Of a stretch of DNA of 64,000 bases, positions 49,723 through 60,078 are shown piece after piece. The first letter of the stretch is position 1; each line of letters opens with the position of its first letter. The stretch lies in assembly GCA_963662585.1 (NCBI GenBank), contig OY759729.1, positions 864,001 through 928,000 of the forward strand. The letters are read 5' to 3'. The notes under the pieces are model-generated. The model did not search any database. It had not been told where the DNA came from and saw only the letters and a list, made by a program, of their open reading frames with translations. Both the position numbers and the translations under genes were made by a program. The stretch is from Candidatus Cloacimonadales bacterium. Lineage in GTDB: Bacteria > Cloacimonadota > Cloacimonadia > Cloacimonadales > JAFGVF01.

Positions 49723-50608
49723 TAATCATCCTTCTGGAAATTAATACATCAGTGGCAATTGCTTCCTTAAGCTCTTCTATACTGGAATATTTCATTTCTT
49801 CTCTAATCTTCTTAAGAAAACTAGTTTCAACTACTTGTCCATATATCTCTTGATTAAAATCCAAGATATAACTTTCAATTTTTAGGTCAAGAGAATTACT
49901 CACTGTTGGATTGTTGCCTACATTTGTAAGACTGTAGTAAAGGCCATCTTGAGTATGGGTTTGAGATAGATAAACACCTGCTGGAGGAGTTAATTGAGAG
50001 GAAGTTAAAGCTTTGATATTAATTGTAGGGAATCCTAGAGTACGCCCTAATCTTTTCCCTTCCACTACTCTTCCCCAAAAGGAGAATCTTCTACCTAAAT
50101 ACTCACCAGCCTTGAAGAGAGAACCAGCTTTTATTAGTTCCCGAATTAAAGAAGAACTGACTATTTTATTTTCCAGAGCAAGGGGTTGAACTTGATAGGT
50201 TTTATAATGAAACTCTGTTTCATGCTTTTGAACAAAGTCATAATCTCCTTCCCTATTTCTACCAAATTTGGTATCATAACCAAGAACAATAGCTTTGGGA
50301 TGAAACCTTTCTACCAACTCTTCTTTCAAGAATGTATAGGGCAAGATATTTGCAAATTCTTTGGTAAAGTTTAAAAGTTCTATATAGTTAAATCCGCATT
50401 TCTTTAAAAGATCTATTTTCTGACTAGTCGTTGTTAATAGATAGGGTTCGACTTCTTCATCTAATGTATGTTTAGGGTGACTTTGATAAGTTACTATTAG
50501 AGGTTCGCAAGCATATTCTTTTGCCACTTGATGCAATTTTTCTAATAATTTACAGTGCCCTAAGTGAACACCATCAAAATTTCCTACAGTTAAGACAAAT
50601 TCTTTCAT
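49700..50608 (-). CDS. ribF: Bifunctional riboflavin kinase/FAD synthetase
   Basis: GNFDGVHLGH, SSSLIR and GRTLGFPTIN motifs. Confidence 0.93.
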   Translation of the reverse strand: MKEFVLTVGNFDGVHLGHCKLLEKLHQVAKEYACEPLIVTYQSHPKHTLDEEVEPYLLTTTSQKIDLLKKCGFNYIELLNFTKEFANILPYTFLKEELVERFHPKAIVLGYDTKFGRNREGDYDFVQKHETEFHYKTYQVQPLALENKIVSSSLIRELIKAGSLFKAGEYLGRRFSFWGRVVEGKRLGRTLGFPTINIKALTSSQLTPPAGVYLSQTHTQDGLYYSLTNVGNNPTVSNSLDLKIESYILDFNQEIYGQVVETSFLKKIREEMKYSSIEELKEAIATDVLISRRMINEINKTF

Positions 50609-51465
50609 TACTTAAATACCTTTGTAGGCTGAAGTATTGAATTATTTACTTTTCCTAGACCTTTAGTTAGCTCTCCATATTTAACAATTACTAATTCGCT
50701 ATCAGGTTGAGAGTCTAGAACAATCGAACGCCCGAACCAAAAATCACTATCTTGTTTTTCAGTAAGTTGGATAACTTCACATTCCAAGAAATTCTCTATT
50801 GGTAATAGATAATCTTCCCAGTTCTCAGAAGTTATTATATCTAAATCTACAGCATCTTCAACTTTCATATCAGAGACTGATAAGCGATTTAGTTTAATGG
50901 TCGTAGCGATAGTATTATACATTTGGGCAATTTGTTCAGTAAGACTTCTAATATAAGTTCCCTTACTGACTTGACATTGATAAATTAAATTCGGAAATGA
51001 ATAGTCTATTACTTGAAAATCAGTGACCTTAATAGGACGAGCTTCCATAATAATATCTTGCTCTTTTCTTGCTAATTTATAAGCTCTCTGTCCATTAATT
51101 TTAATAGCAGAATAAATGGGTGGAAGTTGTTCTGTTAGGTTTTCTACTTGCCTCTTTAATTCTTCCGCTTCAATAGCCAAAGGACCTATTTCTTCTTCTT
51201 CGATAATTTTACCTGTAGAATCACCAGTATCGGTTTTGATACCAAACTGCATAGTTACCAAATAGCTTTTATCATAGTTAGTTAAGTATTGAGCTATTTT
51301 AGTCGCCTTTCCTACAAGAATCTGCATTAGTCCTTCAGCGAAAGGGTCTAAGGTTCCTGCATGTCCAAGTTGTTTGATATTAAGAATTCTTCTTAACTTT
51401 CTAATGATATCAAATGAAGTTATTCCTACAGGTTTATTGACTAATAGAATCCCTAGTTTATCCAT
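50608..51465 (-). CDS. truB: tRNA pseudouridine(55) synthase
   Basis: GHAGTLDPFAEG, YSAIKING and SKGTYIRSL motifs; start at MDKLG. Confidence 0.95.
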   Translation of the reverse strand: MDKLGILLVNKPVGITSFDIIRKLRRILNIKQLGHAGTLDPFAEGLMQILVGKATKIAQYLTNYDKSYLVTMQFGIKTDTGDSTGKIIEEEEIGPLAIEAEELKRQVENLTEQLPPIYSAIKINGQRAYKLARKEQDIIMEARPIKVTDFQVIDYSFPNLIYQCQVSKGTYIRSLTEQIAQMYNTIATTIKLNRLSVSDMKVEDAVDLDIITSENWEDYLLPIENFLECEVIQLTEKQDSDFWFGRSIVLDSQPDSELVIVKYGELTKGLGKVNNSILQPTKVFK

Positions 51466-52471
51466 AAATCTTTGAATCAATTTCCCGCAATACTTGAGCA
51501 GTAATTTGCTCAATATCACCTACTGCAGTAAATCCTGAAGCCTTGGTATGCCCACCGCCACCGAAGATTTTAGCTATTTGTTGCACATCATGAGTTTCAG
51601 AGCGAATACTAAATTTGTATTCATCTTGACTTTTATGCCAATAATATAGCACTACTTCTACATCCTTCGCACCTTTAACCCACTGAGTCATTTTGGAGGT
51701 AGCAGAATCATCAAGATTATTACTATCCAAGAACTCTCTTGTAGTTAGAAATAGAAGTGTTTTATTGTCATGATATAGTTGAATAGTGGAAAGTGACTGA
51801 CCAATCATTTTAAATTCTAAGGGAGCTTTTTCATAGAGAAATTTCAAAGTTACTTCAGCAGGAATCACTCCATAAGCGAGTAATTCAGCACAGACTAAGA
51901 ATACTTCTTTATCTACATTAGTATTTAGGAAATTATTGGTATCATTAACTATAGTAGTATAAATTGCACTTGCAAAATATTTTTGAGTTTCTTGATCACA
52001 ATTCACAAGCTCTTTTTTGAGGGCCTGATATATTATTATCCCTACAGAAGTAATTTCAGGAGCGATATAATAATCTGCTTCAGGAATTACAGTAGTGATA
52101 ATATGGTGATCAATAACTAAAACTCTTTTTGCTTTAGGCACTAATATACTTGCTTGACCTATTCTATCATAACCATGACAATCTATAATCATCAAATTAT
52201 CATATTTCATCTCTTCAATGAGATTTAGAGTATTATTTTCAACATCAAGGAAGTTAAGTTTATCTAAACTCTCTCCTTGAAGAATAATATCAAGGTTTAT
52301 TCCCATGGAAGCAAATAGCTTTTTAATACCTAAACAGGCAGCTAAACCATCTCCGTCAGGGTTATTATGAGTGATGATCCCAAAAGTTTCATTATTAAAC
52401 TTTGTGGAATCAATCATCTCACCTAATTTCTCTTGCAGAGATGCTAAACTATTAATCCTCTTCTGATTCAT
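51458..52471 (-). CDS. DHH/DHHA1 phosphoesterase (NrnA-like)
   Basis: HNNPDGD, IDHH, DT and GGGGH motifs; conserved position between rbfA and truB. Confidence 0.88.
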   Translation of the reverse strand: MNQKRINSLASLQEKLGEMIDSTKFNNETFGIITHNNPDGDGLAACLGIKKLFASMGINLDIILQGESLDKLNFLDVENNTLNLIEEMKYDNLMIIDCHGYDRIGQASILVPKAKRVLVIDHHIITTVIPEADYYIAPEITSVGIIIYQALKKELVNCDQETQKYFASAIYTTIVNDTNNFLNTNVDKEVFLVCAELLAYGVIPAEVTLKFLYEKAPLEFKMIGQSLSTIQLYHDNKTLLFLTTREFLDSNNLDDSATSKMTQWVKGAKDVEVVLYYWHKSQDEYKFSIRSETHDVQQIAKIFGGGGHTKASGFTAVGDIEQITAQVLREIDSKIYG

Positions 52472-52817
52472 TTTCCTCTCGGGTAATTTTATTAAATATT
52501 GATTCAATTCTGTTTAAATTATCTTGAGATTTATCGTAGTAGAATCTAAGTTCAGGTATTATTCTCATAATTTTAGCGTCTGCTATATTCTTTTTGAATT
52601 GTCCTGAAGCTTTTGTTAAACAAACAATTAATTCATCTTGTGATAAATCAGAGGTATTGTCATAGAAATATATCTTTGCTTGGCGTAAATCTGCAGAGAC
52701 CTCAACATCTGAGAAGTATACACTTCTCAGACGCTCGTCTCTAAGATTATATATTACAACAGTATTGAACATTTTGCGTAGTTCTTTCTGTAATCTTAAT
52801 ATTTTTATGGATGCCAT
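52452..52817 (-). CDS. rbfA: Ribosome-binding factor A
   Basis: VEVSADLRQAKIY and IPELRFYYD motifs; follows infB. Confidence 0.9.
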   Translation of the reverse strand: MASIKILRLQKELRKMFNTVVIYNLRDERLRSVYFSDVEVSADLRQAKIYFYDNTSDLSQDELIVCLTKASGQFKKNIADAKIMRIIPELRFYYDKSQDNLNRIESIFNKITREENESEED

Positions 52818-52818
52818 A

Positions 52819-55716
52819 TTACAACTTCTGTTTCTCTTCAACTTCGATATAAGATTCGATTACATCGCCTTCTTTAAGATCATTGTAGTTTTCAAATCCA
52901 ATACCACATTCTGTACCAGCTCTAACAACTTTTGCGTCATTTGAGAAATGCTTAAGGGAAGATAACTTTCCTTCGTAAAGCATCACATCATTTCTGTAAA
53001 TACGCGCTTTACCTGAATTCTCAATATAACCTGATTCAACAGCACAACCTGCGATATTTCCAACTTTCTTAATCTTGAAGACTTCTTTAACTCTAGCTGA
53101 ACCAGTAGCTTTCTCAACAAGTTTTGGAGCTAGCATTCCTTCCATAGCTGATCTTAATTCTTCAATAGCATCATAGATAATATGATATAGTTTAATTTCT
53201 ACACCATCAATCTCTGCTTGTTTTTGAGCTTTACCATTTGTTCTAACATGGAAACCAATGATAATTGCATTTGATGCAGAAGCTAAACTTACATCAGCTT
53301 CATTAATACCACCAACAGATTTTCTAATAATTTGAACTTTCACTTTTTCTGTTGATAACTTTTCAAAAGAATCACATAAAGCTTCTACAGAACCATCTGT
53401 ATCTGCTTTAACAATCAAATCTAGAGTAAGAATTTCATTTTCTTTAATTCTATCAAAGATATTATGAAGACTTGCTTTATTTTGGAAGTTTTCTCTCTCT
53501 CTTCTAATAATAGTTCTTTCAGAAGAGATAGATTTAGCTATTTTGTCTGATTCTACAGCATTGAGAATATCACCAGCTTTTGGTACATCATTTAAACCAT
53601 AAAGTCTGGCAACATCAGATGCGCCAATACTTTTGAGTTCTTTACCACGCTCATCTTCTAATTTTCTCACTTTTCCATAAGTTGAACCACAAATTATGCT
53701 ATCACCTTTTTTAAGTGAACCTTGACGAAGTAATACAGTTATAATAGTACCCATACTAGCATCTTTTTCAGATTCAATTACGATACCTTCACCAGGAACA
53801 TCACATTTAGCTTTGTACTCTTCCATATCGGAAGTAAGAAGCATTAAATCTAATAAATCATCAATACCTTCACCTGTACGAGCTGAACATTTTGTCCAAA
53901 GCACATCACCACCATAACCTTCTAAATAAACACCTTTCTCTAGAAGTTGAGAGATAGTTTTATCGATATTTACACCTGGTAAATCTACTTTATTTATGGC
54001 TATAATTAATGTTACTCCAGAAGCCTTAGCATGGTCAATAGCTTCAATAGTTTGAGGCATTACACCATCAGTAGCAGCAACCACAATTACAGCGATATCT
54101 GTTACATTAGCACCACGAGCTCTCATAGCTGAGAAAGCTTCATGACCTGGAGTATCTAAGAAAGTAATCTTTTTATCATTATAAGTAATTTGATAAGCAC
54201 CGATATGTTGAGTAATACCACCTGATTCACCTGCTACAACATTCTCATGTCTAATATAATCGAGTATTGAAGTTTTACCATGGTCAACATGTCCCATAAT
54301 AGTAACAATAGGAGGTCTATCTGTTTCTTCAGCATCTTCAAATTCTTCTGTATCTTGATAGATAAGTTCTTCACCAACTTCATCTTCGAATTCATACTCA
54401 ATTTCAAATTCAGCACACATTAATTCTAATGAGTCGCGATCTAATCTTTGATTAATCGTAACCATCTGACCTAAAGCAAAGAACTTAGTGATAATTTCAG
54501 TGGGAGCTACACCTAAAATATTAGCTAATTCGCTTACTGAAGTAAATTCACTAATTTTTACTACACTATCATCAGGTAATTTATTCTGTTGAGCTTCCTT
54601 GTGGTATTTCTTAACCTTCTTGGTCTTTTTCAAAGTCATTTTAATGTTCTTTGAAATTTGAGATTCATCTAATTCCACAGGAATATCAGTATATTTATCT
54701 CTTTTCTTAGCTGATTTAATTTTATTTTGTAAATGTCTGCTAGTATCACCAAAATCTTTAGAAGATTTTTTATTCTTACCAAACTTCTTGGATATCTCAG
54801 CTTTTTTTGCTAAGTCAGCTGTAGCAGATGCACTTGAGTCAATAACAGTAGATTTGATACTATGAGCATCTCTTTTCTTAGGATCAAAACTTCTACCACC
54901 ATCTTTACCTGCAAAACCAGGTTTTCTATCAAATGGAGGACGAGCTCCATCTTTATTAAATGGCTTTCTGTTATCAGAACTTCCACGATAACCACCTTGA
55001 GAGCTTCTTGGAGCACCAGTACCTCTGTTGTCTCCACCACGATTATCTCCGCCTCTATAATTATCGTTTCTATAGCCACCTGGTCTTCTTTCTCTATTAT
55101 CACTTTGACTTTTTTGTTGAGTTACTTTTCTCTCTTCAACATTATCAGCATGATAATAACTATCAGTAGTTGCAGGTTGACTCTTTTTCTTGAGCTGTGC
55201 TAAAATACTTTCAGTACTAGCAATAGGAAGAACTGTCTTTTTAGGTTCTTGCTTGGGCTCTTCTTTTGCTTTTCTTGGAGAAGTGTTATCTTTTCTAGGC
55301 TCAGAAGTTCTCACAGGATGTTCTTTAACAGAATCCTGTCCCTTTTTCTCCTCAGAAGTTACTCTTTCAGGCTTTTTAGAATAATCACTTTCTCTTCTTT
55401 CTTTAGCAACAACAGGAGCTACTTTTTTCTCTGTTCTAATAGCTTCCTCTTTTTTCTCATTTATTTCTTTCGTTTTCTTTTGTTCTCTTGCTTTATCTTC
55501 TAGAGCTTTTTGCTGTCTTTGGGCATCTTCTTTATCATGCTTTTTATTAGCTGAAATCTGATCATTGAACATAGCTCTTATTTTCATAGTCACATCATCA
55601 TCGAGCAAACTCATGTGACTCTTAACGACTATACCCAGATCGGCTAAAGTCTTTCTTAAGGCAGAAGAAGAAATTTTTAACTCTTTTGCAAGTTCATGTA
55701 CTTTTGTATTAGACAA
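52819..55716 (-). CDS. infB: Translation initiation factor IF-2
   Basis: GHVDHGKT, GITQHIGAY, DTPGHEAF and NKVD motifs; TTG start with GGAGG RBS. Confidence 0.97.
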   Translation of the reverse strand: MSNTKVHELAKELKISSSALRKTLADLGIVVKSHMSLLDDDVTMKIRAMFNDQISANKKHDKEDAQRQQKALEDKAREQKKTKEINEKKEEAIRTEKKVAPVVAKERRESDYSKKPERVTSEEKKGQDSVKEHPVRTSEPRKDNTSPRKAKEEPKQEPKKTVLPIASTESILAQLKKKSQPATTDSYYHADNVEERKVTQQKSQSDNRERRPGGYRNDNYRGGDNRGGDNRGTGAPRSSQGGYRGSSDNRKPFNKDGARPPFDRKPGFAGKDGGRSFDPKKRDAHSIKSTVIDSSASATADLAKKAEISKKFGKNKKSSKDFGDTSRHLQNKIKSAKKRDKYTDIPVELDESQISKNIKMTLKKTKKVKKYHKEAQQNKLPDDSVVKISEFTSVSELANILGVAPTEIITKFFALGQMVTINQRLDRDSLELMCAEFEIEYEFEDEVGEELIYQDTEEFEDAEETDRPPIVTIMGHVDHGKTSILDYIRHENVVAGESGGITQHIGAYQITYNDKKITFLDTPGHEAFSAMRARGANVTDIAVIVVAATDGVMPQTIEAIDHAKASGVTLIIAINKVDLPGVNIDKTISQLLEKGVYLEGYGGDVLWTKCSARTGEGIDDLLDLMLLTSDMEEYKAKCDVPGEGIVIESEKDASMGTIITVLLRQGSLKKGDSIICGSTYGKVRKLEDERGKELKSIGASDVARLYGLNDVPKAGDILNAVESDKIAKSISSERTIIRRERENFQNKASLHNIFDRIKENEILTLDLIVKADTDGSVEALCDSFEKLSTEKVKVQIIRKSVGGINEADVSLASASNAIIIGFHVRTNGKAQKQAEIDGVEIKLYHIIYDAIEELRSAMEGMLAPKLVEKATGSARVKEVFKIKKVGNIAGCAVESGYIENSGKARIYRNDVMLYEGKLSSLKHFSNDAKVVRAGTECGIGFENYNDLKEGDVIESYIEVEEKQKL

Positions 55717-55726
55717 TATTCCTCCA

Positions 55727-56056
55727 TCAGTGAGTTATTAATTTCAAAATTCCATTCGAAAAGTCTGTATCGGTTATCACAATCACACTCACCGGTTCAT
55801 GACCTAAACTATCGCCAATACTCTTCATAGTCTTTAATTGAATTACTGTACTTTTCGAATCATTAAATTTAACAATTTTTTTCAAATTATTTTCCGATAT
55901 GTCTTTACTAATTATTATCACTTTTATCTTTTTATTCAAAGTCTTGAGCATACTGATTCCAAACTTCAATTTACCTGCTCTCCTGGCAAACTGAAGAAGT
56001 TTTATTAGTTTCTCTTCTGTTTTTTCCGCAACCTCTTTAATCTCTTTTTTTTCCAT
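55727..56056 (-). CDS. L7Ae/YlxQ-like protein (start uncertain)
   Basis: LLQFARRAGKLKFG...LGHEPVSVIVITD; position between ylxR and infB. Confidence 0.7.
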   Translation of the reverse strand: MEKKEIKEVAEKTEEKLIKLLQFARRAGKLKFGISMLKTLNKKIKVIIISKDISENNLKKIVKFNDSKSTVIQLKTMKSIGDSLGHEPVSVIVITDTDFSNGILKLITH

Positions 56057-56238
56057 ATAGATATGTTTTCTATACATTGGTTATTATCACAAACATAATA
56101 TCCTCTTCCTGCTAGCCTTCTCTTGTAATCATAGACTACTTCATTATCAATAACTTGAAATCTTAGTAGATTTTCTTGATAACTTTTTCTTCCACAAACT
56201 ACACAGCTTCGGATTGGCTTGTGACTTTCACAACACAA
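56005..56238 (-). CDS. ylxR: YlxR/DUF448 RNA-binding protein
   Basis: PIRSCVVC, LLRF and GRGYYVC..C motifs. Confidence 0.85.
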   Translation of the reverse strand: MCCESHKPIRSCVVCGRKSYQENLLRFQVIDNEVVYDYKRRLAGRGYYVCDNNQCIENISIWKKKRLKRLRKKQKRN

Positions 56239-56240
56239 CT

Positions 56241-57476
56241 TTAGAAAGCCTCCGCAGACTCTTTTAATTTCTCTGCAGTTTTTCTTCCGATGTTTCCTAA
56301 GTTACATAATTCTTCGACAGTTGCTAAGTAGATGTCCTGAACAGAAGTGTAACCATGTGTTTTAAGAATCTGAGCTGTGTTAGGTGTTACACCATCCAAC
56401 TCTGTAACATGGTTGGTTATTCTTCTCTCTTCAGCTAACTTTGAATTAAACTCTTCTTTTGTAAATATATCAATATTATAGTTAGTTAACTTAGCAGCTA
56501 ATCTAACATTTTTACCTTTTTTACCAATTGCTAAATTCTTATTTTTCTCTTTAACAATTACTCGAGCAAATTTTCCTCTTTCAGAGATAATAACTCTTTC
56601 AACTAAATCTTTTCCCACAGCATTAGCAATATATTCATCATCATTAGGATTAGAGACAACGATATCAATTTGTTCGCCGTGTAACTCTTTTCTAATTGAA
56701 TCAATTCTTAAACCTTTAGTGCCTAAGCAAGATCCAGCTGGGTCTATATGATCTTTTTCTGTATAGACTTCAACTTTAGTTCTGATTCCTGGTTCTCTAA
56801 CAATCTTTTTAATAATGATATCACCATTGAATATTTCTGGAATCTCGTTTTCAAATAGTTTTTTAACAAATTCAGGATTTGTTCTTGATAGAATGATAGT
56901 AACACCTGATTCTTTTCTGCGAATATTAGTAACATAAGCTTTGATAATATCGCCTTGTTTATAATATTCTTCTTCAATTTGCTCTTCAGGTGGAAGTAAG
57001 GCTGTAGTATAGCCAATATCTACTCTGATACCACCAAAACCTTCTGCTTTAACTTTTCCAGTAACAATAGTGTTTTTCTGATTCTCAAAGTGAAGCGATG
57101 TCTTATTTGCATCTTCACTCTTGATTCTTTCTTGAATTGCTTTTTTAGCATTCTTAATGATTTTGGGTCCGAACTCATGAAAATGCATTTTAACATCTAC
57201 GGTATCATCAATTTCTATTCCTTTACCATATTGTTTTTTAGCTTCATTTAAGCTTATTTCGCCCAACTCAGAATCAAATAGGACTACTTTTTTCTTGAAA
57301 GTAGCATATATATCATTTGTGGTAAAGTCAAGATGAATCTTCAACTCATTTTCTGGTAAAAGCTTTTTTGATATCGTAGAGTATAAACTCTCTTTAATAA
57401 TCTCTGTTAGCATCTCTTTATCCAATTGTTTAAAGTTGGCTAACTGATTCAATACTGCTAATATATTGGAACTCAT
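56241..57476 (-). CDS. nusA: Transcription factor NusA
   Basis: S1/KH motifs ILSRT, REPGIRTK and AIGKKGKNVRLA; C-terminal HhH repeat. Confidence 0.95.
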   Translation of the reverse strand: MSSNILAVLNQLANFKQLDKEMLTEIIKESLYSTISKKLLPENELKIHLDFTTNDIYATFKKKVVLFDSELGEISLNEAKKQYGKGIEIDDTVDVKMHFHEFGPKIIKNAKKAIQERIKSEDANKTSLHFENQKNTIVTGKVKAEGFGGIRVDIGYTTALLPPEEQIEEEYYKQGDIIKAYVTNIRRKESGVTIILSRTNPEFVKKLFENEIPEIFNGDIIIKKIVREPGIRTKVEVYTEKDHIDPAGSCLGTKGLRIDSIRKELHGEQIDIVVSNPNDDEYIANAVGKDLVERVIISERGKFARVIVKEKNKNLAIGKKGKNVRLAAKLTNYNIDIFTKEEFNSKLAEERRITNHVTELDGVTPNTAQILKTHGYTSVQDIYLATVEELCNLGNIGRKTAEKLKESAEAF

Positions 57477-57477
57477 C

Positions 57478-57954
57478 TTATCTCTCCTTCTCATCTGAAA
57501 AGTCAAATTCTGTTCTTGCTTTTTTAATTGAAGTAAAAGGTATTACAACCTCTTCTTCAGCCTCTATAATAACTTTAATGGCTTGAGGTGTTACTTCAGC
57601 CAAGATTCCTTGAACTACAAGGCGTTGGTCTTCAGCTTGATATTTTATCTTCACCCTTTCATTGATAGCACTAGCATAGTGCTTTTTGAATCTTAATTCT
57701 CTTTCTAAACCTGGTGAAGATACTTCTAAGGTATATTTATCCTTATAGACATTTAATAATTCTAATTCAGAACCCATTAAACGATTGACAGTTATGCAAT
57801 CTTCAACAGATACTCCACCAATTTTTGTAATATATATTAATGCGACTAAACCATGATTTGTCTGTTTCTCTTCAACATCATACAGAGCTACTCCTGCTTC
57901 AATGGCAGCTCGCTTAGCAACATCTTCTAGAACTTTTTCTCTTTCACTTATCAT
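57478..57954 (-). CDS. rimP: Ribosome maturation factor RimP
   Basis: YTLEVSSPGLER motif; first gene of the nusA-infB operon. Confidence 0.92.
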   Translation of the reverse strand: MISEREKVLEDVAKRAAIEAGVALYDVEEKQTNHGLVALIYITKIGGVSVEDCITVNRLMGSELELLNVYKDKYTLEVSSPGLERELRFKKHYASAINERVKIKYQAEDQRLVVQGILAEVTPQAIKVIIEAEEEVVIPFTSIKKARTEFDFSDEKER

Positions 57955-57974
57955 TTATATACACCCTTAAAAAT

Positions 57975-58012
57975 AAATTAAAAACCACTGTTAGTAATCC
58001 TTCACAGTGGTT
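57975..58012 (-). promoter_or_regulatory. Terminator-like hairpin in rimP leader
   Basis: 9-bp stem AACCACTGT/ACAGTGGTT followed by a U-rich tract, located between a TTGACA (58106-58111, minus) and the rimP start. Confidence 0.55.
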
Positions 58013-58145
58013 AGACTTTTTGTAAAATTATCTACGACAATATTTTATATTATTTAAACTTCTATTTTATTCATACTTATACATATTTATTTAGCTCTTA
58101 TATGTTGTCAAGATGTTCTTTATTTTTTTTCTTTTAATATTTCTC

Positions 58146-59201
58146 TTATTCGTCATGCAAAAACCTGACTATTCCAATTAATTTATCTTCATTTCTATTC
58201 ATATCCACCTTACTAACAGTATTATTTTTCTCAAAGAATAGCTTATCTGAGAACTTATAACTAATATTGGTGGTCAAATCCACCACTCCACTATTCATGA
58301 TTAGATAGCGATCACTAGCGCTAAAACTAAACATTGGAGATCTATCAACTTCTTCAAGAGGAGTAACTTCCCCTGTTTGGATATTTACTAAATATCCCCC
58401 CTCCCAATAATAAGCCAAGAATTCTTTTGAGTGGGAATATTTTTCATAATTTAAATTTTGGCAAAGAATTTCTTCTAAATTATTTCTAATATCATATCTA
58501 GCCAATCTGTTAGAAGAATTAAAGTCCCCATAATTAACCCCAGCATTACGAATATATGAAATCATTCTGTTAGCAATTTCTGCAGATGCTGATACTCCTG
58601 TAAAACTAAAGGATTCTATAGGCTCAACATAGCTTCGTAACAATGTTGTTTCATGTGTTAGAATTGTATATTTATATATTTTAGAAGTGTTCTCAATATT
58701 AGCGTAGCTATTAACAGTGTAGAGGATACTCAATTCATTATAAGAAAAACTTGGGTCGCTTTCATATATTTCTGGAGTATTTGTTATATTTTTTAGTCCG
58801 CTACCATCAACATTGCAAAGATAAATATCTCTATTAAATGCTAATAACATTTTTGTTTTTTCTTGATTAAAATACTCTACATTACCTAAAGTATCAAGGA
58901 TTGTTCTCCTATCAGAACCGTCTAAAGATACTAAATCTATTCTATCAAAAAGATCAAGGAGAATCACATCATCCTCTTCTCCAGAAAGATCTGTAACAAG
59001 ATAAGGTCTAGCACCACTAAAAGAGTTATTATGAGTAGATATTAATAATTCAACACCAGAGCCATCAATATCAAAAGTTGCAATAAAGGGTTCACTCCAT
59101 TCCCCCTCCTTATGCGTAGAAAAATCAAACTTAAAGCATCCAACTAATATTAAAACTAAACATATAATGATTACGAATTTGATTCTATTTATCTTTTTCA
59201 T
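58146..59201 (-). CDS. Lipoprotein with TolB/beta-propeller-like repeats
   Basis: LVG-C lipobox; IYLCNVDGSGLKNIT..E.DPSFS repeat pattern. Confidence 0.6.
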   Translation of the reverse strand: MKKINRIKFVIIICLVLILVGCFKFDFSTHKEGEWSEPFIATFDIDGSGVELLISTHNNSFSGARPYLVTDLSGEEDDVILLDLFDRIDLVSLDGSDRRTILDTLGNVEYFNQEKTKMLLAFNRDIYLCNVDGSGLKNITNTPEIYESDPSFSYNELSILYTVNSYANIENTSKIYKYTILTHETTLLRSYVEPIESFSFTGVSASAEIANRMISYIRNAGVNYGDFNSSNRLARYDIRNNLEEILCQNLNYEKYSHSKEFLAYYWEGGYLVNIQTGEVTPLEEVDRSPMFSFSASDRYLIMNSGVVDLTTNISYKFSDKLFFEKNNTVSKVDMNRNEDKLIGIVRFLHDE

Positions 59202-59443
59202 TTCTTTCTATTCCCTTCTAGTTCTAATGATTTACTATTGTTACTTACATTATAAATACAATCTTAATACAATTTCTCTAACTACCCAACTTACATTGTC
59301 TTTTCCTAACTAACTAAATAAATTATCTGTAAATATTTTGTCAATTTATTTTATAAGATATTTATTTGAAAAAAAGATTTACTTTGACATTTCGTCAGCA
59401 AGTAATAAAGTAAGTGCAATAATAATTATTTAAGGAAAAAACA

Positions 59444-59779
59444 ATGGCAACAGATAAAGATATTGTTGATTTCATAGTTGAACAGATTGAGGATGCTGGC
59501 GAGATTAGATATATTAAAATGTTTGGAGAATATGGCATCTACTCTGATGAAAAGATTTTTGCTTTAGTTTGCGATAATAAATTATACATAAAACCTACAA
59601 AAGCTGGAAGAGAATTCATCGGAAAAGTAACTGAGGCTCCTCCTTATACTGGTGCAAAGAACTATTTCTTAATTGAAGATCAAATAGAAGATAGTGAGTG
59701 GTTAAGCGAATTAGTAAGGTTAACTGCTTCTGAACTACCTCTACCAAAAGCCAAGAAAAAGAAGAAAGGGAAAGCTTAA
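59444..59779 (+). CDS. TfoX N-terminal domain protein
   Basis: KMFGEYGIY..KIFALVCDNKLYIKPT..APPY.GAK pattern. Confidence 0.85.
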   Translation: MATDKDIVDFIVEQIEDAGEIRYIKMFGEYGIYSDEKIFALVCDNKLYIKPTKAGREFIGKVTEAPPYTGAKNYFLIEDQIEDSEWLSELVRLTASELPLPKAKKKKKGKA

Positions 59780-59854
59780 CTACTTTTCTTTTACTTTCTT
59801 ATTTAATGTATGGCAATATCTTACACCATATTCTTTCCTTGGTCTTAGCTTCGA

Positions 59855-59947
59855 TACTCCTTGCTCCTTCTCACTAATCACATTCCTTTATTGAATTTTA
59901 ATTGTGATTAGTGTTAAGTAGGATTGGAAGAGCAGACAAGGACGATG
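59855..59947. repeat. Imperfect palindromic intergenic element (copy 3 of 3)
   Basis: 11-bp stem CACTAATCACA / TGTGATTAGTG; shares a 15-mer with 5027-5041. Confidence 0.5.
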
Positions 59948-60078
59948 AGAAGAGTAAAGAATTGAGAATTATGTTCGCTTAATTATAAGATTTATAGATA
60001 TTTCATTTGACAGTTCTTACAAATTGCTAAATCTTTGTCTAAGATGTGAAAATGATATTCTAATGTTAGGAGTTAAAA

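Noticed and set aside
54810..55503. Cluster of overlapping alternative ORFs and GGDNR repeats within infB
   Set aside because: Shadow ORFs of the low-complexity IF-2 N-terminal region, which is normal for this protein.
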